NCBI GenBank assembly: GCA_964549795.1
Contig: CAZJVZ010000001.1
Span: 1 to 59,889, forward strand
Length of the DNA: 59,889 nucleotides
Direction of reading: 5' to 3'
Source: an uncultured Candidatus Bathyarchaeia archaeon
GTDB taxonomy: Archaea; Thermoproteota; Bathyarchaeia; 40CM-2-53-6
Shown here: piece after piece, positions 47,466 to 56,563 of the stretch
Layout: each line of letters begins with the position of its first letter
Position numbering within the stretch: the first letter of the stretch is position 1
Translations under genes and position numbers: made by a program
Notes under the pieces: generated by a model
Seen by the model: only the letters and a program-made list of their open reading frames with translations
Databases searched by the model: none
Told to the model about the DNA's origin: nothing

Positions 47466-48008
47466 ATGCGAAGAACGAATTCCGTCTCTGTAACTTTGAC
47501 TGCGGTGTTCGCAGCTCTCTATACAGTTGGCGTCGTTTTTCTCGCGCCAATTAGCTTTCAGATGTTTCAAGTGAGAGTAGCTGACGCGCTCCTGCCTCTC
47601 TCGATGCTGTTTGGCTGGCCTGCGATCGTTGGCTTGGCGATTGGAGCTGTAGTGGCTAACTCTTTCGGTGGTCTCGGACCTATTGATGTAGTTGGTGGCG
47701 CGATCGCGAATTTCATTGCTACTTTGGCTGCATGGCAGGTGGCGAGAAATAGGAGCGCGCCCTGGGCATCTGTTGGAGTTGTCCTCCAGATACTGATAGT
47801 CACTCTGACAGTCGGCAGCTACCTGAGTTTCCTCTTTGCTATGCCTTTGGAAATCGGATGGCTTGGGGTGCTACTGGGAAGCATTGTCGCGATCGGCCTT
47901 CTCGGATCGCTGCTCTTCTTCGCTCTGTCGAGGATGCGAATACTGACTCTACTGAGATCCCACGGAATGATGGTGTACATGACAAAGGCTGAGAGACAAA
48001 GGGGTTGA
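47466..48008 (+). CDS. queT: QueT-family queuosine-precursor transporter
   Basis: 180 aa. LAPISFQMFQVRVADAL and GPIDVVGGAIANFIATL blocks match my recollection of QueT (COG4708). 5-6 TM segments. Confidence 0.75.
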   Translation: MRRTNSVSVTLTAVFAALYTVGVVFLAPISFQMFQVRVADALLPLSMLFGWPAIVGLAIGAVVANSFGGLGPIDVVGGAIANFIATLAAWQVARNRSAPWASVGVVLQILIVTLTVGSYLSFLFAMPLEIGWLGVLLGSIVAIGLLGSLLFFALSRMRILTLLRSHGMMVYMTKAERQRG

Positions 48009-48196
48009 CACTCAACCTCTCATGGCTGGGAATAGGACCGGCGCCATGCTATGATGCAGGGAGGCCACCGGAACCCGCCTCCTTAGTGGCACAAGAATGG
48101 TCGTCGAATCAAGCCCCTAAATCGCCACCAAGCTAAGTCAGAGGCATGGAGAAGGGTTACGGCTGGCTTAGGAATTATCTGCCAGCCTAAGAATGA

Positions 48197-48718
48197 CTAC
48201 TCGATGATTGCGAGTACCTGGCGCATCCCTACAGACTCGCCTTCTCTGACGTTGATCTGCTTGATCGCTCCGGCCTTGCTGGCCCGCAACTCGTTCTGCA
48301 TCTTCATCGCTTCAAGGATGAGAACCACTTCACCCGCTTCGACCCGATCTCCAGCCTTCTTCAGTACCTTGACAATCGAGCCCGGCATGATAGCTATGAT
48401 CGCGCCCGCCTCAGCGGCAGTTGATAGCTTTGCGGTTTTCCGTGCCTTGCGTGGCTTCTGCTCTTCCAGCCCTATGACCTCAAACGGGTAGTCCACTCCG
48501 TCTATTGTAGCTGTGTTCCCGCTAGTCTCGGCCTTGTGGGAGTTGCCCCGCACAGTGACCGAGCTGCCTTCGATCGTCCATGGGAACTCTTGTCCGTCAA
48601 CCAGCAGCAGGTTGCCTTGGCGTTCAATCTCGTACGACACTCCGTCCAGCACCAGCTTGAGCTTCTCTACCATTGTCTCCACCCTGAAGCTTGGCCTGAA
48701 CGATTCGCCATCTTCCAT
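48197..48718 (-). CDS. Biotin carboxyl carrier / 1.3S-type biotinyl subunit
   Basis: Biotinylation motif LEAMKMQNEL. Internal ATG 48673 (MVEKLKL) lies 1 nt after the upstream stop and may be the real start. Confidence 0.85.
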   Translation of the reverse strand: MEDGESFRPSFRVETMVEKLKLVLDGVSYEIERQGNLLLVDGQEFPWTIEGSSVTVRGNSHKAETSGNTATIDGVDYPFEVIGLEEQKPRKARKTAKLSTAAEAGAIIAIMPGSIVKVLKKAGDRVEAGEVVLILEAMKMQNELRASKAGAIKQINVREGESVGMRQVLAIIE

Positions 48719-50175
48719 GGAGAAAATCGGCCGGCCTGCGGCACAGTCATCTTGGGCTTGGTTGTAGAGTCTTGCTCAAGGATCATTGCCGCGATCGTTG
48801 CAGCCAGTTCTCTTCTACCGTCCAATCCTCTAGCGCGCTTCTCTAGGAACAGGCGTCCTACTTGCGGAAACAGTGCGTAGCATAGGATGTCTTCTTCCGA
48901 CTTTGCCAGATCACCGATTTCTTTCCTCGCCTTTTCCCATCCTGGTGGAAGGATGTCTGCCGGTCGGCAGGTGATTGGTTTCTCGTCTCCAATGGCCTTG
49001 CGCTGCAGGTCGCGATTGATCGGGGCTGGTGGTTTCCCGTAGTGCCCCCGAATGTACTCCTTTACCTCTTCTGGGATCACCTTGTAGCGTTCTCCGGATA
49101 GCACATTCAGTGTTGCCTGTGTCCCAACAATCTGGCTGGAGGGTGTGACCAACGGTGGAAAGCCCAGATCAGCTCGGACTCGCGGGATCTCGTCGAGCAC
49201 CTCATAGTAACGATCCATTGCGCTCTGTTGACGTAGCTGACTGATCAGGTTGGAGAGCATACCGCCAGGCACTTGGAACTGTAACACGTTAACGTCTACG
49301 CCGCCGATGTCGGCCTCGAAGTTGGCGTATTTCTTGCGAATCTCACCGACCTGACGCGCAATATCAGCCAATGCTGCAATGTTCAAGCCCGTATCGCGTT
49401 CAGTATCCTTGAGTGTAACCACAAGTGTCTCTGTGGGCGGTTGGGAACTGGAAAGTGCCATCGAAGAGATCGACGTGTCCACGATATCTACGCCGGCCTC
49501 CACAGCCTTGAGTAGTGTCGCTGTTCCCATGCCGCTCGTGTAATGCGTATGCAATTGTATCGGGACGCCAACATTCTTCTTCAGTGCGGATACGAGCTCG
49601 TAGGCCGCATAGGGTGACAGCAGCCCGGCCATGTCCTTGATGCAGATCGAGTCTGCACCTAGGCGTTCCAGCTCTCGTCCCATCTGCACGAATCCTGGAA
49701 TGTCGTGTACCGGGCTGATCGTGTAGCAGATTGATGCCTGTACGTGGCCGCCTTCTCGCTTCGTGATCTTCATTGGTAGTTGCATGTTGCGGATGTCGTT
49801 TAGTGCGTCGAAGATGCGGAACACGTCTATGCCATTGCGTTTCGCCGCTACGATGAGGTGCTCAACGATGTCGTCTGGGTAATGCTTGTAGCCGACTAGA
49901 TTCTGGCCACGCAGTAGCATCTGAAACGGGGTGTTGGTCATCTCGTGCTTGAGGGTGCGGAGGCGTTCCCATGGATTCTCCCCCAGGAATCGCATGGCGC
50001 TGTCGAATGTGGCGCCGCCCCACATCTCCACCGACCAGTAGCCGATCTTGTCCAGTTTTGCAGCGATTTCCAACATGTCGGTGGTGCGCAGTCGCGTCGC
50101 GATTAGCGATTGGTGCGCGTCGCGAAGAACCGTCTCGCAGATCTTCACTGGATTCCTACGCACTTCTGACACCAT
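48667..50175 (-). CDS. Pyruvate/oxaloacetate carboxyltransferase (5S / PycB / OadA-type, no biotin domain)
   Basis: 502 aa. CETVLRDAHQSL, HTHYTSGMG and conserved C-terminal carboxyltransferase region. Confidence 0.9.
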   Translation of the reverse strand: MVSEVRRNPVKICETVLRDAHQSLIATRLRTTDMLEIAAKLDKIGYWSVEMWGGATFDSAMRFLGENPWERLRTLKHEMTNTPFQMLLRGQNLVGYKHYPDDIVEHLIVAAKRNGIDVFRIFDALNDIRNMQLPMKITKREGGHVQASICYTISPVHDIPGFVQMGRELERLGADSICIKDMAGLLSPYAAYELVSALKKNVGVPIQLHTHYTSGMGTATLLKAVEAGVDIVDTSISSMALSSSQPPTETLVVTLKDTERDTGLNIAALADIARQVGEIRKKYANFEADIGGVDVNVLQFQVPGGMLSNLISQLRQQSAMDRYYEVLDEIPRVRADLGFPPLVTPSSQIVGTQATLNVLSGERYKVIPEEVKEYIRGHYGKPPAPINRDLQRKAIGDEKPITCRPADILPPGWEKARKEIGDLAKSEEDILCYALFPQVGRLFLEKRARGLDGRRELAATIAAMILEQDSTTKPKMTVPQAGRFSPWKMANRSGQASGWRQW

Positions 50176-50196
50176 CGATGCTTTCGGAGACGAGCG

Positions 50197-51747
50197 CTAG
50201 AGCGGAATATTGCCGTGCTTCTTCGGCGGATTAGTATCTCTCTTGTTCTGCAACGTCTGCAGAGCCTCAATCAGACGCGGTCGAGTTTCTCGAGGTTCGA
50301 TAACGTCGTCCAGATACCCACGTCCAGCAGCGATGTAGGGATTTGCGAATTTCTGGCGATAAATCTGCACAAGCTCGGCGCGTTTTGCAGCTGGGTCCTT
50401 TGCCTCAGCGATCTCTTTTCGGAAGACTATGTTCACCGCGCCCTCCGGTCCCATCACCGCGATCTCGGCGCTAGGCCAAGCCACGTTGTAGTCTCCACGG
50501 ATGTGCTTACTGCTCATGACATCGTAAGCGCCTCCGTAGGCTTTTCGCGTGATTACCGTCAGTTTGGGCACAGTAGCTTCGCAATAGGCGTACAGCAGTT
50601 TCGCTCCATGTGCGATGATGGCACCGTGTTCTTGGTCAACACCCGGCAGGAAACCCGGAACGTCTTCAAACGTAACGATCGGTATGTTGAACGCGTCGCA
50701 GAAGCGCACGAAACGTGCGCCCTTGATGGAAGACTTGATGTCGAGCACGCCAGCCAAGACGGCGGGTTGGTTGGCGACTATCCCCACGCTATGGCCGCCC
50801 AAATGTGCGAAGCCAACCACGATGTTCTGGGCGAAGTTCTCGTGGATTTCGAAGAATTCTTCGTTGTCAACGATCATGCGGATGATCTCCTTCATGTCGT
50901 AGGGTCTGCCTGGATCATCCGGTACAATTGTATCGAGTCGTCCATCCATTCGCTGTGGATCGTCATCAGTCTCCGCGTTTGGTGGGTCTTCCATGTTGTT
51001 TGAAGGGAGGTAGCTGATCAGCTGGCGGATGAGCGAGAGAGCTTCAGTCTCGTCCTCTGCCATGACGTGACAGACTCCGCTCTTCGTGCTGTGCGCCAAC
51101 GCTCCGCCTAGATCTTCGAACGTCACCTCTTCGCGCGTTACGGCCTTTACGACATCCGGTCCGGTGATGAACATGTGACTCGAGTTCTTCACCATGAAAA
51201 TGAAATCTGTCAACGCGGGACTGTAGACAGCACCGCCCGCACAAGGTCCCATGACGGCGCTAATCTGGGGAATCACGCCGGACGCCAAGGTATTTCGCAA
51301 GAAGATATCTGCATATGCGCCCAAGCTGACCACGCCCTCTTGAATCCGTGCTCCTCCGGAGTCGTTCAACCCGATTATCGGTGCGCCGTTCTTCATTGCA
51401 AGGTCCATCACCTTGCAGACCTTCTCAGCGTGAGCTTCTCCTAGGCTGCCTCCAAACACCGTGAAATCTTGACTGAACACGTACACGCGTCTTCCATCGA
51501 TCGTGCCCGAGCCCGTGACCACGCTGTCAGACAGCACCTTCTTTTCGCCCATTCCGAAGTCTGTGGTCCGATGTACGACGAACATGTCTAGCTCGTGGAA
51601 GGACCCCTTGTCTAGCAACGCCTCAATTCGCTCGCGGGCAGTCATCTTGCCCTTGGCATGATGTGTCTCTATTCTGTCCGCGCCGCCGGCCTGTTGAGCC
51701 TGTTTTCTCAGCTGACGCAAGTAGTCGATCCTATGATCAGCTGGCAT
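50197..51747 (-). CDS. Acyl-CoA carboxyltransferase beta / methylmalonyl-CoA carboxyltransferase 12S-type subunit
   Basis: 516 aa. [45 protein letters not shown]. Confidence 0.9.
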   Translation of the reverse strand: MPADHRIDYLRQLRKQAQQAGGADRIETHHAKGKMTARERIEALLDKGSFHELDMFVVHRTTDFGMGEKKVLSDSVVTGSGTIDGRRVYVFSQDFTVFGGSLGEAHAEKVCKVMDLAMKNGAPIIGLNDSGGARIQEGVVSLGAYADIFLRNTLASGVIPQISAVMGPCAGGAVYSPALTDFIFMVKNSSHMFITGPDVVKAVTREEVTFEDLGGALAHSTKSGVCHVMAEDETEALSLIRQLISYLPSNNMEDPPNAETDDDPQRMDGRLDTIVPDDPGRPYDMKEIIRMIVDNEEFFEIHENFAQNIVVGFAHLGGHSVGIVANQPAVLAGVLDIKSSIKGARFVRFCDAFNIPIVTFEDVPGFLPGVDQEHGAIIAHGAKLLYAYCEATVPKLTVITRKAYGGAYDVMSSKHIRGDYNVAWPSAEIAVMGPEGAVNIVFRKEIAEAKDPAAKRAELVQIYRQKFANPYIAAGRGYLDDVIEPRETRPRLIEALQTLQNKRDTNPPKKHGNIPL

Positions 51748-51930
51748 GTCAGCGTCTATTGATGATAGGGCTAATAAGAGGTGTTTCGCCTGCCCTGATC
51801 ACACCAGACTGACGGAATCGCCCCAAGCCCAGTGTCCGATGCCTATGCTCCACTTGGCTGTGATGAAAGATTCAAGAACAATGCGCAACAAGAATCATTG
51901 GAGCAAGGCACTCGCTGACTGGGGTTCTCG

Positions 51931-52209
51931 TTGAAGAAGCGCGCCCGTATCGACATTTACGCTGACATTCTTGAGGTTCTCAAGCGACGTCCAGAGGGCG
52001 CGCCAGTCACCAGAATCGCCTACGGTGCAGGCCTGCCGCTCGACAGGCTCAAGCCCATGCTCCGGACCCTCTCGAATTATGGCCTGCTCACTGTCCGCGT
52101 CTCCGATGACAGTCGACTCTACTCCATAGCGCGGCGAGGTCTCGAGTTCCTCGACGCCTACAGAAGGATGCAGGGATTCATGACGTTCCTTGGAAACGAA
52201 CAACCATAG
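51931..52209 (+). CDS. Small winged-helix DNA-binding protein
   Basis: 92 aa, TTG start. RIDIYADILEVL...TRIAYGAGLPLDRLKPMLRTLSNYGLL pattern of small archaeal wHTH regulators. Confidence 0.55.
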   Translation: MKKRARIDIYADILEVLKRRPEGAPVTRIAYGAGLPLDRLKPMLRTLSNYGLLTVRVSDDSRLYSIARRGLEFLDAYRRMQGFMTFLGNEQP

Positions 52210-52548
52210 TCACATCACGTGATCACATTCTGTGATGTCCATTTGTGATCACGGAACGTGGACTGACCTTTAATTCTGGAAAGCCGAAACGCGCCTACGG
52301 TGAAGTGGAAGATGTTTCAACCGAAGATCTTGAAGCGCGACAGTTTCCTGTCGTTCTTCAACCGACTATTGGGGTACTATCATTGGGCCGAAGCCAGAAC
52401 AGCGATGAAGGCCAACGAGCTTTCGGCGTCAGCATTCACTAACCCAAATGGGTCAGGACTCAGCCCGATCGAGAACACACGGGCGCGAGAGCTGGGTAGA
52501 GCATATATCGCGTTGAACAAGTTCAACCGTTGACAGGAAGAAGGGCGC

Positions 52549-53775
52549 ATGCAGAAAGTAACCGTCCCGCGAAAGTCGAGAATGAGCTTAGGCCATGTAG
52601 AAAGCGACCTGGAGATCGAACGAGATGCGGTGATCACGCCTGCAGAAGGCGACACAATCACCGTGGGTGGGAGCGTCAAAGCTGAGGGAAACGTAGTGAT
52701 CGACGGTAACCTCACGGCGGCTGACATTCAAGCAGAAGACGGTGATTTTGAGATACGAGGAGACCTCAAGATCTCAGGAGACGTGTCCATCGGCGACGGA
52801 AACCTGCGTGTATCCGGTTCCTTGTCGGCTGAGGATGTGGACATTGACAGAGGACTTGAGGTCGCCCGTGACGTTCGAGTCAGGCAGCTGGACGTTGGCG
52901 GTCGAGCGAAGATCGATGGGAATCTGAAGGCCGAGTCTGTCGAAGTTGGTGGCTCGCTTGATGTCGCTGGGACTGCCGAGGTTGAGGATATTGACGTGGG
53001 CGGGTCCGTCCACGTTGTGGCACAAGTGAGAGGGAAGAACATCGACGTCGGAGGCTCAGCCGAAATCGGAGGAGGAAAAGTCACCGGCCAAATCGACGTA
53101 GGCGGCGCTTTCGTGTCCACAGCGCCGCTGGAATTCAACGAGATAGATGTCGGTGGGGTTGTGAAGCTCAAAGGTGACAGCTCAGGAAGCAAGTTGGACG
53201 TAGGCGGCATCGCAAAAGTGGTCGGGAACCTGAGATTCGACGAAATAGATGTCGGCGGCATCATCAAAATCGAAGGAGACGCAGACGGGGGCGACGTAGA
53301 CGTAGGCGGCGTTCTTGTGGTCAGCGGGAATATGAATCTAAGCGGCCATTTCGAAGTGGGCGGGAAATGCAGAATCGGGGGCACGCTACGCGCCAACGAA
53401 ATAGAAAGCGGTGGGCGCCTCGAAGCATCGGAAGTGAAAGCGCAAGAGGTCGAAATCGGAGGCTCCATAACGACACAGAAAGGCGTTAGGGCCGATTCCA
53501 TCACAATCGGAGATCATGGTCACGTCAGAGGACCACTGATCGCAGACATCATCACCATTGGAGAGCGATCAGAGGTCGAAGCACTCTACGGTCAGAGAAT
53601 CACCTTGGAGAGGCGGAGCAAGGCTACATCGATTTACGGGGCGGACATTGAGGTCGAGTCGCATTGCATCATTCTCGGAAAGGTTCTGTATTCTGGATCA
53701 ATCGAGACCGAAGAAGAGGTCTCTTTCGCTGTGCGACCCGAGAAAGTGGACTCGCTTCCAGAACCGCCGACTTGA
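52549..53775 (+). CDS. Bactofilin-like (polymer-forming cytoskeletal, beta-helix) repeat protein
   Basis: 408 aa dominated by (D/E)VGG-centred repeats, acidic. Resembles the DUF583/bactofilin fold but is much longer. Confidence 0.65.
   Translation: MQKVTVPRKSRMSLGHVESDLEIERDAVITPAEGDTITVGGSVKAEGNVVIDGNLTAADIQAEDGDFEIRGDLKISGDVSIGDGNLRVSGSLSAEDVDIDRGLEVARDVRVRQLDVGGRAKIDGNLKAESVEVGGSLDVAGTAEVEDIDVGGSVHVVAQVRGKNIDVGGSAEIGGGKVTGQIDVGGAFVSTAPLEFNEIDVGGVVKLKGDSSGSKLDVGGIAKVVGNLRFDEIDVGGIIKIEGDADGGDVDVGGVLVVSGNMNLSGHFEVGGKCRIGGTLRANEIESGGRLEASEVKAQEVEIGGSITTQKGVRADSITIGDHGHVRGPLIADIITIGERSEVEALYGQRITLERRSKATSIYGADIEVESHCIILGKVLYSGSIETEEEVSFAVRPEKVDSLPEPPT
52888..53510 (+). repeat. Coding tandem repeats, 51-nt (17-residue) period, about 12 units
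   Basis: VGG recurs at residues 116, 133, 150, 167, 184, 201, 218, 235, 252, 270, then SGG at 287 and IGG at 304. The DNA motif GAYGTNGGNGG recurs about every 51 nt. Confidence 0.8.
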
Positions 53776-53848
53776 CTCTCTCGCATGTTCGTCAATTGTT
53801 GAGACTGCTGTTCGCGGAATCTCAAGTTGTTCGCGGTGAATCTCAGAC

Positions 53849-55099
53849 TTGAAGTTGGCGACGTTGGGTGGGCTTTGGAGACATCCAGACTTTCTCAGAC
53901 TCTGGTTGAGTGAGACGGTCGGTGCTTTCGGCAGACAGGTCACTGGGCTCGCATTGCCAACAGTCGCGATTCTTCTGCTGGGCGCTGGGCCTTTTGAGAT
54001 GGGAATCCTCGGAGCCCTATCGGTACTGGCTTTTCCGGTTCTGGGGCTACTGGTGGGTGTGTGGGCTGACAGATGGAGACGGCGACCCATCATGGTTGCT
54101 GCCAATTTGGGCCGCATGATTGCGCTCGGATCGATTCCGTCGGCATTTGTCTTCGGGGTGCTGCACCTCTACCAGCTCTACGTGGTGGCGGCGATTGTGG
54201 GGGTCTTCACAGTGTTCTTCGATGTTGCATACCAGTCCTACCTGCCATCTTTGGTGGATCGAGCTGACCTCGTCGAAGGAAATGCGAAGCTCGAAGTCAG
54301 CCAGTCGGGTGCTCAGGTTGCCGGGCCTGCGCTCGCTGGATTTCTGATTCAAGCGATCGGGGCTGCCAAGGCAATCGCGGTCGATGCGGGGGCTTTCCTA
54401 ACCTCGGCAGTGGTTCTTTTGTCGATTCGAAAGCCAGAGCCGAAGCCATCGCCCAGCTCATCTGACAGCGATCCAAACTTCATCGGGGAGTTGAAGGAGG
54501 GAGCGCAGGTCGTTACCAAGAACCCAGTCTTGACGAGAATCGCAGCATGCACAGCCACATCGAATCTCGGAGGCTCCATTGCCTTCACAGTGTTCCTGAT
54601 CTTCGCCTACAATCAGCTGAAGCTCACGCCAGAGATAGTTGGAATCATCTTCGCGCTGGGAAGCGTGGGTCTCCTGGCTGGTGCCGTCTTGGCGGCAAGA
54701 GTTGCTAGAGGCGTTGGGTTGGGATGGGCTCTTGCGGTAGCCACAGTCGTCGGTGGCATAGCTGCTCTGGGTGTTCCTCTGGCGCTCGTCGGTTCGCCCG
54801 TTTTGGTCTTAGCCGCACTGCAGGTGCTTGGAGGCTTCTGTCTTCCGATCTACAACATCAATCAAGTCAGCCTCAGGCAAGCGATCACGCCTGACCGGCT
54901 CCAGGGTCGGATGAATGCTACAATGCGTACGATAGTCTGGGGCACAATACCGGTAGGTTCTTTCATCGGTGGAATTCTCGGGACGCAGATAGGCGTCGTA
55001 GCGACAATCATGATCGGCGGTGTGGTGTACGTGCTGGCAGCGGCTTGGATCCTGCTCGGTCCAGTGATCTCCCTCAATGAGACGCCAGCCCCAGCATAG
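53849..55099 (+). CDS. MFS transporter
   Basis: 416 aa, non-ATG start. 12 TM-like segments, DRWRRRP loop motif. Confidence 0.8.
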   Translation: MKLATLGGLWRHPDFLRLWLSETVGAFGRQVTGLALPTVAILLLGAGPFEMGILGALSVLAFPVLGLLVGVWADRWRRRPIMVAANLGRMIALGSIPSAFVFGVLHLYQLYVVAAIVGVFTVFFDVAYQSYLPSLVDRADLVEGNAKLEVSQSGAQVAGPALAGFLIQAIGAAKAIAVDAGAFLTSAVVLLSIRKPEPKPSPSSSDSDPNFIGELKEGAQVVTKNPVLTRIAACTATSNLGGSIAFTVFLIFAYNQLKLTPEIVGIIFALGSVGLLAGAVLAARVARGVGLGWALAVATVVGGIAALGVPLALVGSPVLVLAALQVLGGFCLPIYNINQVSLRQAITPDRLQGRMNATMRTIVWGTIPVGSFIGGILGTQIGVVATIMIGGVVYVLAAAWILLGPVISLNETPAPA

Positions 55100-55137
55100 A
55101 TCGTCCGGGTCTCGTGCCGCCCATCTTCGCTTGTGTG

Positions 55138-56403
55138 CTACTCTTCTCTCTTCTTCGGCTCAGGAATCAGAAGCAGGGTAATCACGAACTGAGGAATGAG
55201 AAGCACGAGTAGTGTGAAGAAGGGCAGTTGAGGAGAGATGCTCACATAGAACCAGTTTCCGAGCAGCATTCCCATAGCCATCGCTATGTAGCCTACGAAG
55301 TTTGTGAACCCGATTATCTTCCCACGGTTCTCCTTGGCAACGAGATCTGTCTGCATCGCGGAACCAGCAGTCATGCCAAGAAGCATTGCCGCCCCAAGCA
55401 GCGCCATCGCAATCAAGACTCCTGTGAAATCCCCGTACATGAACAGAAGAATAGCAGGAGCCTGCAGGATGACTGACAAGAGCAACGGGGTCCTTCTTCC
55501 GGCTCTATCGACAAGCTTGCCAATCGGGACCGAGACAACAAGCATCGAAAGGAAAAGCGGAACGTACGCGATCCACCAAATCGATTCCGGAATAAGTAAC
55601 ACATCTCGTGCGTACAAGGCCTGTATGACTTGCACAAGTGCCATGGCAAACATTGCGATCGTCTGCGAAATGAATAGCCAAAACATCGAACGTGGCACGA
55701 CCTTCCACGCTCCCCAGCTCTCCCGAATGGCCCTCGGATAGGATGACAGAAACTCTTGAGGCCTGATGGGATCGCCGCTGGTCATGGTCTCCTTCAATCT
55801 CAGTCTCAGGAAAGCTGCTCCAAGATAGAGAGCCGTCACCATGAGATAGACGATCCTCATACTCGGGACTAAGCCGAACACCCACAGTAGAACGCCTGCA
55901 ATGACAGGACCTGGCGTGGTCACAACACTACTGATGAGCATGATGATCGAGAAGCCCATGCCTCTGCGTTCGGGAGGAAGCGAATCGGATACCATTGCCC
56001 AAAGAGCAGGCTGGTAGACCAGGCAGAGATTCAACACGACAGCTCCGACCAGGATGAAATGCCAAGTAGGCGCCAAGGCATAGAACAGAAAACACAATGC
56101 CAACGCAAAGGTCATCGTGGAGACGAGCCATCGTCGCCCATATCTATCAGCGAGATATCCACCAGGAAACTGCACGGCAGCCAGAGCCATGAAACCGGCG
56201 AATCCTATCAATCCGAGCGCGATGCCGGTTCCTCCGAGCGCTTGAACGTAGTACTGGTAGTTGGGCGTAGGCATCTCGCTGGCGATATCCATCAATACCC
56301 AACTTAGGACGAGAATGGCATAGTTGCCCTTGATGAACGAGAACTCTCGCCTGAACCTTTTGACTAGTGTCATGCTTTTCACCTCGCCAGCGCCGCTCTC
56401 CAA
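55138..56403 (-). CDS. MFS transporter
   Basis: 421 aa, 12 TM-like segments, GYLADRYGRR motif. Confidence 0.8.
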   Translation of the reverse strand: MESGAGEVKSMTLVKRFRREFSFIKGNYAILVLSWVLMDIASEMPTPNYQYYVQALGGTGIALGLIGFAGFMALAAVQFPGGYLADRYGRRWLVSTMTFALALCFLFYALAPTWHFILVGAVVLNLCLVYQPALWAMVSDSLPPERRGMGFSIIMLISSVVTTPGPVIAGVLLWVFGLVPSMRIVYLMVTALYLGAAFLRLRLKETMTSGDPIRPQEFLSSYPRAIRESWGAWKVVPRSMFWLFISQTIAMFAMALVQVIQALYARDVLLIPESIWWIAYVPLFLSMLVVSVPIGKLVDRAGRRTPLLLSVILQAPAILLFMYGDFTGVLIAMALLGAAMLLGMTAGSAMQTDLVAKENRGKIIGFTNFVGYIAMAMGMLLGNWFYVSISPQLPFFTLLVLLIPQFVITLLLIPEPKKREE

Positions 56404-56563
56404 GCGTTAGTTTCTCCTCCACAGCACCGGCCTCTTCGATTTAGCATTTCCACAGGCGCCTGAGACTGAGAGCTTCATCGTGGTCTCAATAGAACCCTGA
56501 TGATCCACGTGAAGCTCAGGAATAATAGGCTCCGAACCAGCACATGGTCTGGGAGCATTCATT

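Noticed and set aside
50215-51003. 262-aa ORF antisense to the 12S carboxyltransferase gene
   Set aside because: It overlaps a strongly recognisable conserved gene. A typical shadow ORF in GC-rich coding DNA.
52728-53504. 258-aa ORF antisense to the bactofilin-like gene
   Set aside because: P/S/T-rich low-complexity translation that mirrors the 51-nt coding repeats on the opposite strand. The sense frame has a coherent repeat-protein signature, so this is an artefact.
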